Origin: Psilocybe cubensis
Lineage: Eukaryota
DNA: 64,000 nt
Direction: 5' to 3'
NCBI GenBank assembly: GCA_017499595.2
Contig: CM039000.1
Coordinates: forward strand, 2,294,001-2,358,000
In this document: one piece after another, positions 52,480-64,000 of the stretch
Position numbering within the stretch: the first letter of the stretch is position 1
Layout: each line of letters opens with the position of its first letter
The notes under the pieces: generated by a model
Databases searched by the model: none
The model's input: the letters and a program-made list of their open reading frames with translations, nothing else
Told to the model about the DNA's origin: nothing
Program-made: the position numbers and the translations under genes

Positions 52480-54452
52480 CTATATTTCATCATCCAAAGC
52501 CAAGCACTAAAAACATCGACGAGTATCAGTACCAAATCACGTAGTTAAACACTACTAACCCTAAATTCAATGAAGGCATCGCTGCGCCCTGCCGCTATTC
52601 TAGGCTTTGGGGAAGGCATCAGAAATTGGAGGCTCAGAAGTCCATCTTCATCTATCCTCAAAGACGTTTTGGTTGAACTTGAAAGAGCTTTGATAGTGCG
52701 GGAAATATGTCCAAAACGATAGCTGCCAAAACCTGTTTATTATTTTGCTTTTTACCTAAAGGATGCGGTAAAGTCCACCTGAAAGATACGTTTCTTGTAC
52801 ATTCGAATGTCTCGAGTACTTCCCGGTCATTCGGATAATCCATCTGTTATGTAGATTTCAAGTCAGTGCATGCAACAATACCCTCATCATCATCAAAAAA
52901 AGAAAATTAGTCAAGAAAAAAAACAAACCTCAGTGCTTCCAAATGTGCCGGTTGCTTGAATACGCAGCATGGGCTTCATAACAGGAGATCTTTGCTTTTG
53001 CTTCTGTCGCGCATTCGCATCGCTAGCTAATGGTAACTGTTGTTGATTCGCAGAGATAGGCGGGTTTCCTATAAAGGCCAGTTTCTCGCATGAAGGATCC
53101 AATTCAGATAGGGCATCGCGCAACCACGAGGACTATTCTGTCGTTCGTCAGGGGAAAGTGCAGAAGCTGAATTATCAACATACTTTTAGGATGATCCTAA
53201 GAACTCTACAGAAGTTCGGTTAATTATCTGCAGCAATGTCACAAAGAAAAAGGAGCAAACGTTTTCGAGGTATCGAATTCGAGTTCGAGTTGAGGTTCTG
53301 GGTCGAAAGTAGTGATTTCACATGTGGTGGTAGGCCCGGCTGCGTCTTCGGCACTACGCAATTCTGAATCGTACAGAAATAATGAGAATGACGAATCAAT
53401 AAACGTACATGATCAACGTAAGAGGATATCCTCCACCAGGATAAGAGAGACGCATGCTAGTCCTCTTCGAGTTTGATCCACCATTGCCAAAATATGCATC
53501 CAATCCCCTCATAGGTAGGTTAGCTCCTTGACGATCTCTATGATCACTATTCTCGCCATCTGAGTTGTCTTCGTTAGGGTTTGGCCATCCCCTGCCTTGA
53601 CCAACTCTGTTCCCGCCTCTGCCTCTGCCTCCTCTGCCTCCCCCGGACCCTCTTTCCCCGTCATCTATTGCCCCTGACGACGTATTTATATTCCCTGTAG
53701 CCGGGCCCGCCGTTCCAAAGATATTTAAGCACTCTATCAGCGTAGTCAAAGGAATTTCAAATGCTGCATTCTCCATGTCTTGTTCTTCCTCGTCTTCTTG
53801 CTGATATTCTTGTTGGTCATGAGGTTTGTTGCAATCTTCGTCCGACTCGGATTCAGTCTCGGAGTCCAACATACCAACTTGGCCAAGATGTGAAGGTCCC
53901 ACTTCTTGCTTTGTATCACGCTTGGACCTTTCTGTTCGCTTTCCCTTGGAGTTAGACAGTCGATGTCGAGGTGGAGGTTCGGGGTGGAATGTATATTCGT
54001 CGAAAACATCTGAGAAGATGAATGCCGTTCCTAGAGCCCAAACATGACGGAAGCAAAGATGATAGAGTAGATTACAGTTCCAGAGAGTCTAGAAAATATA
54101 AACGCGTTATTTACCTAGCAACGTACGAGCCTCTTCCACAGTAATCGTGAGTCCTGTCTCCGTGATTGTCACTGTACCTCGCTAATTTGTGTCAGAAAGA
54201 AACAATGCATATAATTGGCCAGGAGAACCTTACATACATTAGAAAACTGAACTCCTCGCAGTAAGGCCACAAAATATCGTAGATCATGAACGGAGGCCGT
54301 CAACACCTGAAAAGACCATAACAGCGTGGATAATAGAAGAAAGATTTGCCCGTATAAGAGAAAAATGACGCTTTGTTATTTCGTCCTGCTGATACCCTTT
54401 AATATTCTGTTGAAATATAACTCACGGGTGGCAGCACATCATTCTGCGCCAT
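52480..54452 (-). CDS. RAD1: 9-1-1 checkpoint clamp subunit Rad1/Rec1/Rad17
   Basis: 'LTASVHDLRYFVALLRGV', 'GLTITVEEAR', 'AFIFSDVFDEYTF', 'TTLIECLNIFG', 'TTTCEITT', 'IILK|SSWLRDALSELD', 'GTFGSTE|MDYP', 'SLRIDEDGLLSLQFLM', 'FIEFR|CLALDDEI*'. Confidence 0.92.
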
Positions 54453-54725
54453 CGGCCAGGTCAAAGTAGAGTTCAAAGGAATTAATTGTAAACAGTAAGA
54501 CAGAGACAGAAAACACCCTGGTGTCCGGGCCGTACCATCCGGCAATTCAAGAATTTCACACTTCTGTCCATTTAGTTTACCCTACGCTCAAAGCAAATTA
54601 ACTTCTACAGTCAGGGTCGGCATTCCTGATATTAGCTGGCAAAGCCTCTAAGGGGGTGTATAGTGTGATTAATAAAATAACAGGAACGTGATAGTTCTGT
54701 AGCGTAGCTAAAACCTAACATCTAG

Positions 54726-55984
54726 CTAATATAGACCGTCCAGGTAGTTGGTAGTCTTGGATGGTGCAGGTGGGGTAACAGGTGTCTGTAATGTCGACTT
54801 GGAGACGGGGGGTAAATAATCTGCGAGAACAGAATCGAAGTCCGCGTCCTTGATAGCTGAATTCGAATGAATGTTAACAAGTTTGTCTCCGAGTAGAATA
54901 GTATCACTGATGCGTACCAGAAGGAACGGGGTTCCTCGCTTTGATGGATGCTTGTAGCATAGAGGAGACGATGAGTCGTCGGATAGAAGGACCATCGAGA
55001 GGAACCTTTATTGACATAAATAAAGTGCGTTTGCTTGACAAATTAGCAAGGACTTACCGGTGCTGCCGCTGCTGCCTGACTTGGAGCCTTTGATCTAGCC
55101 TGGTTGGCCTCTTCAATGGGTGAGATGCTTGGTTTAAAGGTTCCAAGTGGGCCTGAAGCCTTGCCTAGGAATGTCAACACATCCCCCTTGGTGAGCATAC
55201 CTCTCACTCCAGTGCCCTTAATGTCTTCCACTTTGGTAACTTTATGTTCAAGTAAAAGACGGTGAACAGATGGGAACAATGGACGAGCGTGTTCGGGAAG
55301 GGCATATGAGTGAGCTCCAGTTGCGTGGATTGGTTCTGAGGGTGTAAACACGGGTTCCGAGGCCGGAGGTGAACTGGATGCCGAATTTCCCGTTTCCTTT
55401 GGCGCTGGTGTTGTCTCTTCTTTGGGCAATTCAAGATTCGAAATATCGTCTCCTTCCTCCGCAAGAAGAGCAATGATTTTTCCAACAGGCACACCCTTGG
55501 TACCATCTGGTGCCTAAGTAAATTGTATAGGTATTTATATATGACAACCTTCACAATAGAAAATAGGCGTGGACCGACCAAGATTTTGCCCATTATACCG
55601 TCTTCCTGTGCTTCGACATCTATAGTGGCTTTATCTGTCTCCTACAAGGAAGAAAGGCATATATAAATGGACAGTCCGAAGCCAAAAGTATTTATGCCTA
55701 CAATTTCCAGCAGAACGTCACCTTGAACAAAAGATTCCCCCTCCTTTTTCTTCCAAGACGCGATGCCACCTTCAGTCATTGTCGGAGACATGGCAGGCAT
55801 CTGGAAGTTAGTGACAGCCCATCGTGCACTTGAACCATGGAACACTGAAAGTATCCGAAATTGATTTCAATTATAGCTCAAATGTGTTGAAACGAAGAAG
55901 AGGCTCACGCCTAGCCGCATGAGATGCAGCTGGGACCATCTGAGAGGCCCTGAAAGCCATAGAAATGCCCTTCATGCAGGCCAT
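54726..55984 (-). CDS. PDX1: Pyruvate dehydrogenase protein X (E3-binding protein)
   Basis: Presequence; lipoyl domain 'MPAMSPTMTEGGIASWKKKEGE...LLEI|ETDKATIDVEAQ'; PSBD 'LFPSVHRLL...IKGTGVRGMLTKGDVL'; short C-terminus with no acyltransferase domain. Confidence 0.92.
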
Positions 55985-56283
55985 TGTGGAGGAGGTACCG
56001 GAGTAAGTGGTGGGCAGAAGGAAGGCGAGTTTCGCCAAATGCCTGGGGCCACAGAATATGTATAGACGCACGTGATGCTCCCTGGCGGGGAAACGCTTCT
56101 CAGAATTTCGGTTGTGGCTTGAACTTATCACTGACCGATACAAGAGCTTCCAACTCAGTTATGACCCTTGGATGCTCCTAGTTTTCTCTGAATTTCTTTC
56201 GCTGCTGCCACCATAACAGCCACCGTTCGAAGTCCTATAGAAAGCCCACAATTTGCACAGCAATCCGTAGTCACTTCCTTTCC

Positions 56284-59200
56284 ATGCTCACAATCATCTC
56301 GCGAGTGTACCGGTGGATTCGCACTCTCAGTCAGAGGTTTTTTCTGCAATTTGGATTGTGAGTGTTATAGCAATGCGTGTTAAATGTGCTCTCATTTTGC
56401 TATAGACACTGTGCCACCCACCAAATTCGTGTTATTCTCATCTCCTGTGTGGTCATTACGTCGCTGTTCTATCCTGCACTCGACCTTTATACTTCATCTC
56501 GGAATTCCTCCCAGTCACTCCTTTACAATTGGGGATGTGCTCTACATCCTGCTCCAGAACAAGACCTTGCCAATCTTTGGCAAAGTCAAGACACGCTGCG
56601 GGTACATGAAGATCCCGTTGCCCGTGCAAAATGCAGGGCTAATAACGCTATACGCGTAGAACATATCCTTATCCAGAGCCCCCTTGTAGAGGATGATGGA
56701 GCACTGAACCACAATATTCTTCTGTCTACACTGGATCTCGAGCAACGCTTGGAGGATATAATCTCTTCTGGAGATTCCCCATGCCTGAAGAAACCAGACG
56801 GGAAATGTCTGGTCATTTCCCCACTTGCATTCTGGAACTATGACAAGTCCACCCTTCTATCCGATTCCAACGTCTTTGATACTCTCACTCACTCCAAGAA
56901 TGTTTCTGTTTCTGGCATCCCCATCACTCCGCAAATGGTCTTAGCAGGAAGGGGATCATACGAGCCTCACGTCGGCGGGAATAAATTGGATTATGCCACA
57001 TTCCTTGCCCTGAGCTACTTCTTTCCAAATAGTCCATGCTGGGACTCTGGAGCAGAGCACGCTCTTTGGGTACACACTATCCAAAACACGGTTTCTCAGG
57101 ACGCCGAGGTTGTTGCCCGAGGCCCTGAAGCCACTCTGATTGCTCTTGACGTACGTATATATTTTCTATTGCATCCTTTAGGCTAACACTTTTCTAATTC
57201 ATTCATATAATATAGTATGATCCTCATCTGTCCACCACGAAGGGCTGGTCGGCTATTTCGGCGTTCCTTTATTTAGCATATATCGGATTTATTGCCTACG
57301 TTGTCTGGTCAGTCAAATACATGGACGCCGTACACTCGCGCCTGGGGGTGACATTCACAGCGCTTGTCGAAATTGCTGTGTCAACAATCACGTCACTTAG
57401 TGTATGCGCGCTCGTAGGATTCAAAATCACTATGGTGCCATGGTACGTCCGGTCTTTAAAATCTTTTCTAAGTCAGGCGATTTATATTTTGCATGCAGGG
57501 AGGTGTTGCCAATAGTGATCGTTTTTGTTGGTGCTGAAAATATGTTCACTCTGGTGAGTGACTCTCGGCGGCCGTATGAATAGATTTACTCATGCGGATT
57601 ACTCGCGCCTATTAGGTAGATGCGGTCGGCAAAACGTCTGTCACGCTGTCGGTCAAGCAACGCATCGCAGAAGGGTTAAGTCGCGCAGGGACCTCTAATA
57701 CGCTAAAGGTTGTCTCGTACAACTCTATCTTGGGCATTATAGCTGTATTTGCTGTCGGTGCCGTGCGTCAATTTTGCATCTTCGCCATTGTCGTTCTGGT
57801 CGCACATTGGTTTTTGGCACACACCTTTTTTATGGCGGTTCTTTCCATCGACATAGCTCGATTGGAGGTTTGTTTTATCGTGACTCATAAACGCTCATAA
57901 GATGCTAATAGATATTATCTTTTTCAATCCAGCTAGAAGAACTTCTCAGACATGATACCAGCTTGGTGCCATCAGTTCCGCCAAAGGCAGATAACCTGAA
58001 CACAAAGCAACCACGCTCTGGGTGGCGGAAACTCATCTTGACCGTTCAAAATCTCTTACAAGGAAGAGCGGCAACCAATATCAGTCTCCTCATGGTGAGT
58101 TGAGAAGCGTTCTTTTAGTACTTGATTAAAGGCATGGACCTCTGACACCCTTTCTTTCACGCCTATCTGATCTAGCTCTTAGCAATTGCTGCCACTTTGT
58201 ACTACACTACCTATACTGCATCAACTTCGACGTTGGACTCTACTCTTCGTAAGCCTCTCGGCGCTATTTCAAGGACAAAGACACGCCCAGCCGCGGACGC
58301 TATTTCGATCGCAGAGCACATCTGGAAAACTCTAAATCCCGCACAGACACCGCTATTACATCTACGCCTCGAGATTCCTACTATCATCACCTTCAGCGCT
58401 GGTAGTGAGATCTCCAGAAATCCTTCAGGCATCAATGCTCGGTACACTAAACGAACGTTCAAGTTCATTCTATGGATACTAACTATTCTAGTGGTGCCTA
58501 TTGCGGCTACCACCGGCGCGCTGTACGGTTTACTTCTCTACCTTATGAAGAATACCGAGTTACTGGATGCCCAGAGGCAAAGCGCGGAAGCTGACAGTAC
58601 CTCGGACGCCGTAGCAGATGAAAAAATTTTCCAGGACAAGTTTTCGTTCTCCACTCTCCCACGAGCGTTTCCGAGTGATGTTGAGCTTATCGCTGCCAGC
58701 AAAGATGGGCGTATCATTGTCTCTGTAGGGCTCAATAACGAAATCATTACCTGGAACGCAAATACAAAAAAACATATATCAGTCAATGCAGCTGACGTTT
58801 TATTGCGGATGACAAGCACCTCTTCGTCTGCAGGGTCGACTGTGACTTCGGTAGCAGTGGACGACAAAGGTCGATATTTTGCTGTGGGGACGGGCGCGGG
58901 CCTAATCGCCGTATGGAGTGTAAGTAAGAGCAGTGGGAAGGTCAAGCATTTACCTCCCTTAGCCTTGGAAAACTCTTCAGCAGGTGTGACAGAGATGCAA
59001 TTTGTGCCCTCCCTCTCAGGTTATTCGAGGACTTTTGGGCGCTCACCTCCTGCATCTGAACCAAGTTCTCCGGAAACGAAAGGAAGTGACATGGTACTGC
59101 TGGCGACATACGAAAATGGCGTAGTGGCAAGATGGACTGTGGGAGAAATACCATCTGTTACCTATTTCGTGGCGTCGCGGCGAGCTACCGTCGTTCGTTC

Positions 59201-60470
59201 ATCTCTCCTGCGGGTTAGTCCAGAAGATAGGGTGCTTATAGCCTTCACGCTGGACGATGGCGTGCTTGAATTAATGGAGACAGGAGATCATGAGCCACTG
59301 ATGCTCCAGGATTGTTATCTCCAGGCAGGAAATCCTTACGATTTGGTGCGGAAGGTTCATGCGTGCAGGGCAGAGATGAACGGCAGCATGAGACTTGTTG
59401 TTGCAGCCGCTACAGAAGCGGGCTCCGTTTCTCTGTGGGATGGTCACACGGCGGAGTGTATATCAGTACTTGAAGACGCCCATGGTCGAATAGACCATCT
59501 CCGAGTCTCCGCCGTGGACTGCAAAATGTGCCCTTCATGTGGCTACCTGCCAATGGACAGTTTGTCTCTCGCGTTTTCAGTAAACAGCGTGGTCCAATTT
59601 TTCAAACTGTACTTGGACGATCCGTCAAGAAGGTGCTCATGCTCTCGCGCCGTTCGCCTTCAGCAGCAATTACATCACGTATCTTCAAGGGACAGTCTTG
59701 GGAAGCGTTCGAGGAGTAATAGCAACGCTTCTTCGTCTCAGATTGGATCCCCGTTAATTCCCCGCGCAAGATTGGCCACTGCGTTCGAAACATCGGCTTT
59801 TCCTATTTCTGGTCACGGTGTACATTCACGGCGCGCCTCCGAAAAAGATACAAGTAGGAGATCTTCAGAGCTTTTAACTGTGCCTTTCCCGGGCAACATT
59901 GGCTCTGCCGATGACTATGATCTTCACGTTAGTCATACCCAAGATTTGAGCGGGTCGACAACACCTACGAGCTCATTTTCGTCTCAGTCAGTATGGAAGA
60001 ACGCAGTTCTTATCTCTTTAGCTGATGTGATGTGTGAGCGGGGGGGATGGGGAGTGACAAATAGTTCTTTTGTCGGAATCCGACGCAAACCACGATCGCA
60101 GGGGAAAGCCAGAGCTATCTTATCGCCGCACGCGTTGCAATCGTTCACTTCTTCCGGGCTGACGATCGCCACCCTGGAAAGATGGGAGTTGTGGATTTTC
60201 GACCCAGTGGGGGCTCAGTTGCGAAGTTCATTGTTAGCTTCGCTGCCCGGGCAGGAAGAGGAGTCATGGGATTCCTCTCCCTCTTCATCTCCCTCAGTCT
60301 CGCCCTCTTCATCACGGACAAATTCTGTATCATCCTCTTTTTCTGCAGGCGGTACCGATGAAGGTATAGCTAGACTACCTTTTACGCGGGTGTCGCCTCT
60401 CCTCGTTTCTTCTTCTCATGCCTTGGCAGGATTTGGAAATACCATTGGTGTTGTCCACTTCGATGCTTGA
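56284..60470 (+). CDS. SCAP: SREBP cleavage-activating protein (sterol-sensing domain + WD40)
   Basis: 'FFLQFGL|HCATHQ'; SSD 'VHSRLGVTFTALVEI...PW|EVLPIVIVFVGAENMFTL|VDAVGKTSVTLSVKQRIAEGLSRAG...AVRQFCIFA...FFMAVLSIDIARLE'; C-terminal WD40 repeats. Confidence 0.92.
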
Positions 60471-61434
60471 TGCTTCTTTTCCCCTATTCTCCTGCCAATA
60501 TAATTTAGTTCTATCTAGTGTCCAGGACCTATCTCATTATTATCCTTGATTCATTTGGATTACGGCTTCTTCCTCTGTTTCTTTTCACTTTTCTTGTGTA
60601 TGATTGTGACTTATCCGCTGTGACTCCGCAATGCTTTCAGAACTGCGTTTTCTTGTTTAACACAACAATGTTTTATCTTTTAGCTCAGTTTAATTGGCAT
60701 CCCTACTTTCCGTAGATTACTATACTGCAAGCTAAATCGTGTATCTATAAGACCACTATTTCAATAGGAATAAAACGAGAGTTAGGAGACATGAGACATT
60801 TAAAAGGTAATCTAACTTAGTTCAAAGCTAAATCGATGAAGTCGACATCGTTGACTTGTCTTGAGATGGATATTTGTCCGGAACGAAACATTCTAACTTG
60901 CTCATCCAAAAAGACGATATAAGTCTCATGCACTGGGTTCATCGATACGACACAATACGAGTTCCTTGAATTCTTTTTATTGATTTGTTTTCTGCTCAAC
61001 TTACGAAATGCATGTTTTTTTGGGCGCTTACTGGGCTTACCCGATTTGGAAACCCATTTTTGCTTCTTGATTTCGACTTGAAAAAAAAAGACTTTCAGTC
61101 ACTGAATTGAAGGCAACATTTACTTGCGCGATACTAAATGAATTTGGCTTATCCAACCTACATATTTGATTAACTTGAATGAACAGTCGTAATGCATCCT
61201 CTAGTTATAGAATTAAGATAAAAGCAATGTCGCGAAAAAACCAATTCAATGGCGTCTTCTAGTCTTCAAGTAAACGCTAGTAAGATAGCGTCAGGTTAGA
61301 CGAAATTAGATCGTTAAAAGTTGGAGTTTAGTGTGCGGCGATACAATAAAGAACATTACAGAACTTATAAAGGCGTTCATAGAAAGCTGGTTTCTTCAGG
61401 CCATCCAGTGGTTACAATTATCTTATCTTCGAAG

Positions 61435-61865
61435 ATGAAGCTTTGTGTTGTTTTGTCCTTCATCGTTGCTGTTGGAATTACCGGCGTAACTGCGCATGTA
61501 GCGTGAGTCTGACTCTTGTTAGAAATTTAGAATATGCCCATGTCAAACCATTTGATTGAAGGGACGACACCGATGACACGGAGCTCTTCGCTCGTACATG
61601 GGGAACCGGTAAGCATAATGATATCGCGATAATATTATATTCTCACGTCCGAGAAAATGACTCGACAGGGAAGTGGACGATGGACGACGATCTCTACCAC
61701 AGGACCGTCAAGCCGCATTTCTTGTCTGTTTTCAAAGGGATGCCCAGCTTCACCGGTCTGTGCGGCTCAAACCCCGACTTTTTCATCGAGAAAGACGGGA
61801 CCGTCTACCCGAGTGCTGTGGAAAGCAAGGCAAAGAAGCTGGGGAAATGCACCAAGGTGACTTGA
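61435..61865 (+). CDS. Small secreted prepro-protein (about 103 aa)
   Basis: Spliced (introns 61503-61561 and 61609-61668): MKLCVVLSFIVAVGITGVTAHVA-DDTDDTELFAR-TWGTGKWTMDDDLYHRTVKPHFLSVFKGMPSFTGLCGSNPDFFIEKDGTVYPSAVESKAKKLGKCTKVT*; coding-like codon usage in exons 2-3. Confidence 0.75.
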
Positions 61866-62111
61866 GGTTTTCATTGCAAGTTCTGATCTGATAGGATGTT
61901 AGTCTAAATACAACGCTGATATGAGCGAGTACCTTACGGAGCTGTTGCAACACAACGAATAGATGTCGATTAGGTTAATCTATGAATTTCTTGATTGTGT
62001 ATTGCAAGTGAGAAAGTTGATGTGGAGTGAAGAGTTGATTACATAATAGCAGGACAAGTTGCAAGCAACGAGTGTGATGATCGTTGGACGTGCACCTGGA
62101 CAACACCGTCA

Positions 62112-64000
62112 ATGGGCTGGCTTTCCTCTTTGTTCTCAAACGACTCCTCCCAGCGCTCCCGGAAGAGCCAGGCTTTCACCTCCACCCACGATGCCTTTTC
62201 TCTACCCACCTCTTCCCCCGTATTCAACCCTCACCCAGACGCTTTCAATCCAGACACCCTAGTCTCCCCCTCGCCCCTCTCTGCGCGCACACCCACCGCG
62301 TATACGTATCCACCCCAGGGCACAATAGGCTATGGATATGCACCTCCTTCGTAAGTCTTCTACCCTGGCGCGGTTGTGTGCAGTGACTTCATTCTTTGAG
62401 ACATAGCTCCGCCTTTGGTCCCCGACCCGCATCGTCATCTTTGCTGCCCACACATATGGACCAACTGCATACCCCTCTTACTTCAAGTCAGGGATACCCA
62501 CCCTTGTCTAAAACCTGGGCACGCATCCGCTCCTGGCTGAACAGGGAGTACCCCGAGCTTGGGGACACGCTAAACTACGGCATCCTGCCTCAGGAACTGG
62601 CGGAAATCGAAATGCAGTTCGGCTTCGCGCTGCCTTCCGTCGTGCGCGAGTCGTATCTCTGTGTAGATGGCCAGGAGGCCGAATCAGCGGCTGGATGCTC
62701 AGAGGGGCTGTTCTTCGGATTGACACTTTTGCCTTTGGAGAGCGTGTTGGAGGAGTGGAGATTTTGGCGAGAAGTAGACAATGATCCCAGCACAGGTGCA
62801 AACGATGCACTGCGCCAATCCATGCAGTCAATACCCCCCGACTGGATACGCAGAGAATATTCGCAACGCGGTTGGATCCCCCTCGTTGCCGATAAAGCAG
62901 GTAATTATCTCGGCATCGACCTCAATCCTGCCGAGCAAGGCCAAGTCGGTCAGGTCATTGTGTTCGGACGGGATTTCGATACCAAGGTCGTTCTCTGGAA
63001 TGGCGATGGTCTTACTGGATGGGCGAAATGGCTAGCAGCATTTGCAGAAGAACTTGAGAGTGGTGAAGGATTTGAGATCGGGGCAACAGATGCCAGTGAA
63101 GGAAGTGAGGATGAAGTGGGCTATGAAAGCTATTTTTACGATGGTCATGGTCGGGGACAAGGAGACGGAGGTGGAGATACTGGTTCTGGGGGTGGTCTAC
63201 GTTACACCGGTGAATATCGTGGTTGGAACGTGTTGGAAGCATGGGCGGATCGGAGTCTGCGAAGATGGCATGAAGCCGGTGTCATCTCAGCGGATATAAT
63301 GGCGCCTGTCGCAGAGGACGTTAGAAGGGCGAGTCCTTTTTAATTCGCTCTTGATCAAGTCTAATTCTATGGTAAACAGGATGATAGACAAGAGCTAGAC
63401 ATAGTCGAGCTCAGTATGCAAGGGCCTGGTGCCGTTGAAGTCGCTATCCCTGTCCTCACAGAGACTTCTGAGGCAATTCCCCGTCCTACACCTGAAGCTC
63501 TCGGTCATCATTCTGGCCAAGCAGGCCCTTCTAATCGTACAGAACCGGTCCCAACTATCTCAGTTACTAAACCTCCTGCACCCCTACCTGTTACTCTTCC
63601 AACTGCTTCAGACATCGCACCACTACCCTCACCTCCTAATTCTGCCCATTCTTCCCTAGAAGATTTAGAGTCGGGACGTATCAACGGACTACACGGTTAT
63701 TCAGAAGATGTCGGCCTAGTAAGCTCTACAAGAAGAGTGGGCAAATCAAAATCCCCTATTCGACGCGAAACATCAGAAACTACTGGTTCTGCTCTTCCTT
63801 TGTCATCATCACCACCACTTCTGCCATCTACACCTCCTAAAACGGCTTCCCCACCACCAATTATCCCTGATCTTCTCGCTGACCTAAGTCCTGAACTATC
63901 AACACAATCTTTTAAACCATTGTCAGAAGTTTATTCAGAAGAACTGTCGAAGGCATCAGAAATGAAGTTGGATGCTGCTGAAGTCACACCGGAGGAGGAG
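62112..64000 (+). CDS. SMI1: Smi1/Knr4 cell-wall assembly regulator (runs off the window end)
   Basis: 'TWARIRSWLNREYPELGDTLNYG...LPSVVRESYLCVDGQE...GLFFGLTLLPLE...QSIPPDWIRREYSQRGWIPL..DKAGNYLGIDLNP...GQVIVFGRDFDTKVV'; N-terminal MGWLSS myristoylation-like motif. Confidence 0.93.

Noticed and set aside
52555-52564. Telomere-template-like CTAACCCTAA
   Set aside because: It is the RAD1 exon/intron junction (TTTAGG|gttagt on the minus strand); single copy.

Overview
Intron-rich fungal nuclear DNA, most likely an Agaricomycete (mushroom-forming basidiomycete): short GT-AG introns of about 50-60 nt, micro-exons, standard code, and lineage-typical DUF6699/DUF6593-like genes. About 26 protein-coding genes are supportable: a WD40 fragment, CDC42, HSH49/SF3B4, EMC4, a bacterial-style propeller+amidohydrolase, PI-PLC, MIF/tautomerase, Pop7/Rpp20, eRF1, glutathione reductase, large-subunit catalase, a GH16 glucanase, an F-box/LRR protein, HAT1, a Ctk2-like cyclin, U1A/U2B'', Rad1, PDX1 (protein X), SCAP, SMI1/KNR4 and several secreted or unknown proteins. 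No RNA genes, intact transposons or CRISPR arrays were seen. Main findings: (1) the eRF1 3'UTR has a full readthrough/NMD autoregulation layout (UGA-C stop, UUCG hairpin, 107 open codons, a second stop touching a 3'UTR intron); (2) a nearby PDX1 paralog has lost the lipoyl lysine but keeps the presequence, intron positions and C-terminal helix, so it may be a pseudo-subunit regulating pyruvate dehydrogenase; (3) glutathione reductase has a spliced, AUG-free, 73-aa mitochondrial presequence, implying near-cognate initiation; (4) a small secreted prepro-protein loosely resembles bacterial polymorphic-toxin tips. Gene models were spliced by eye, and family calls rest on motif recognition, not database searches.
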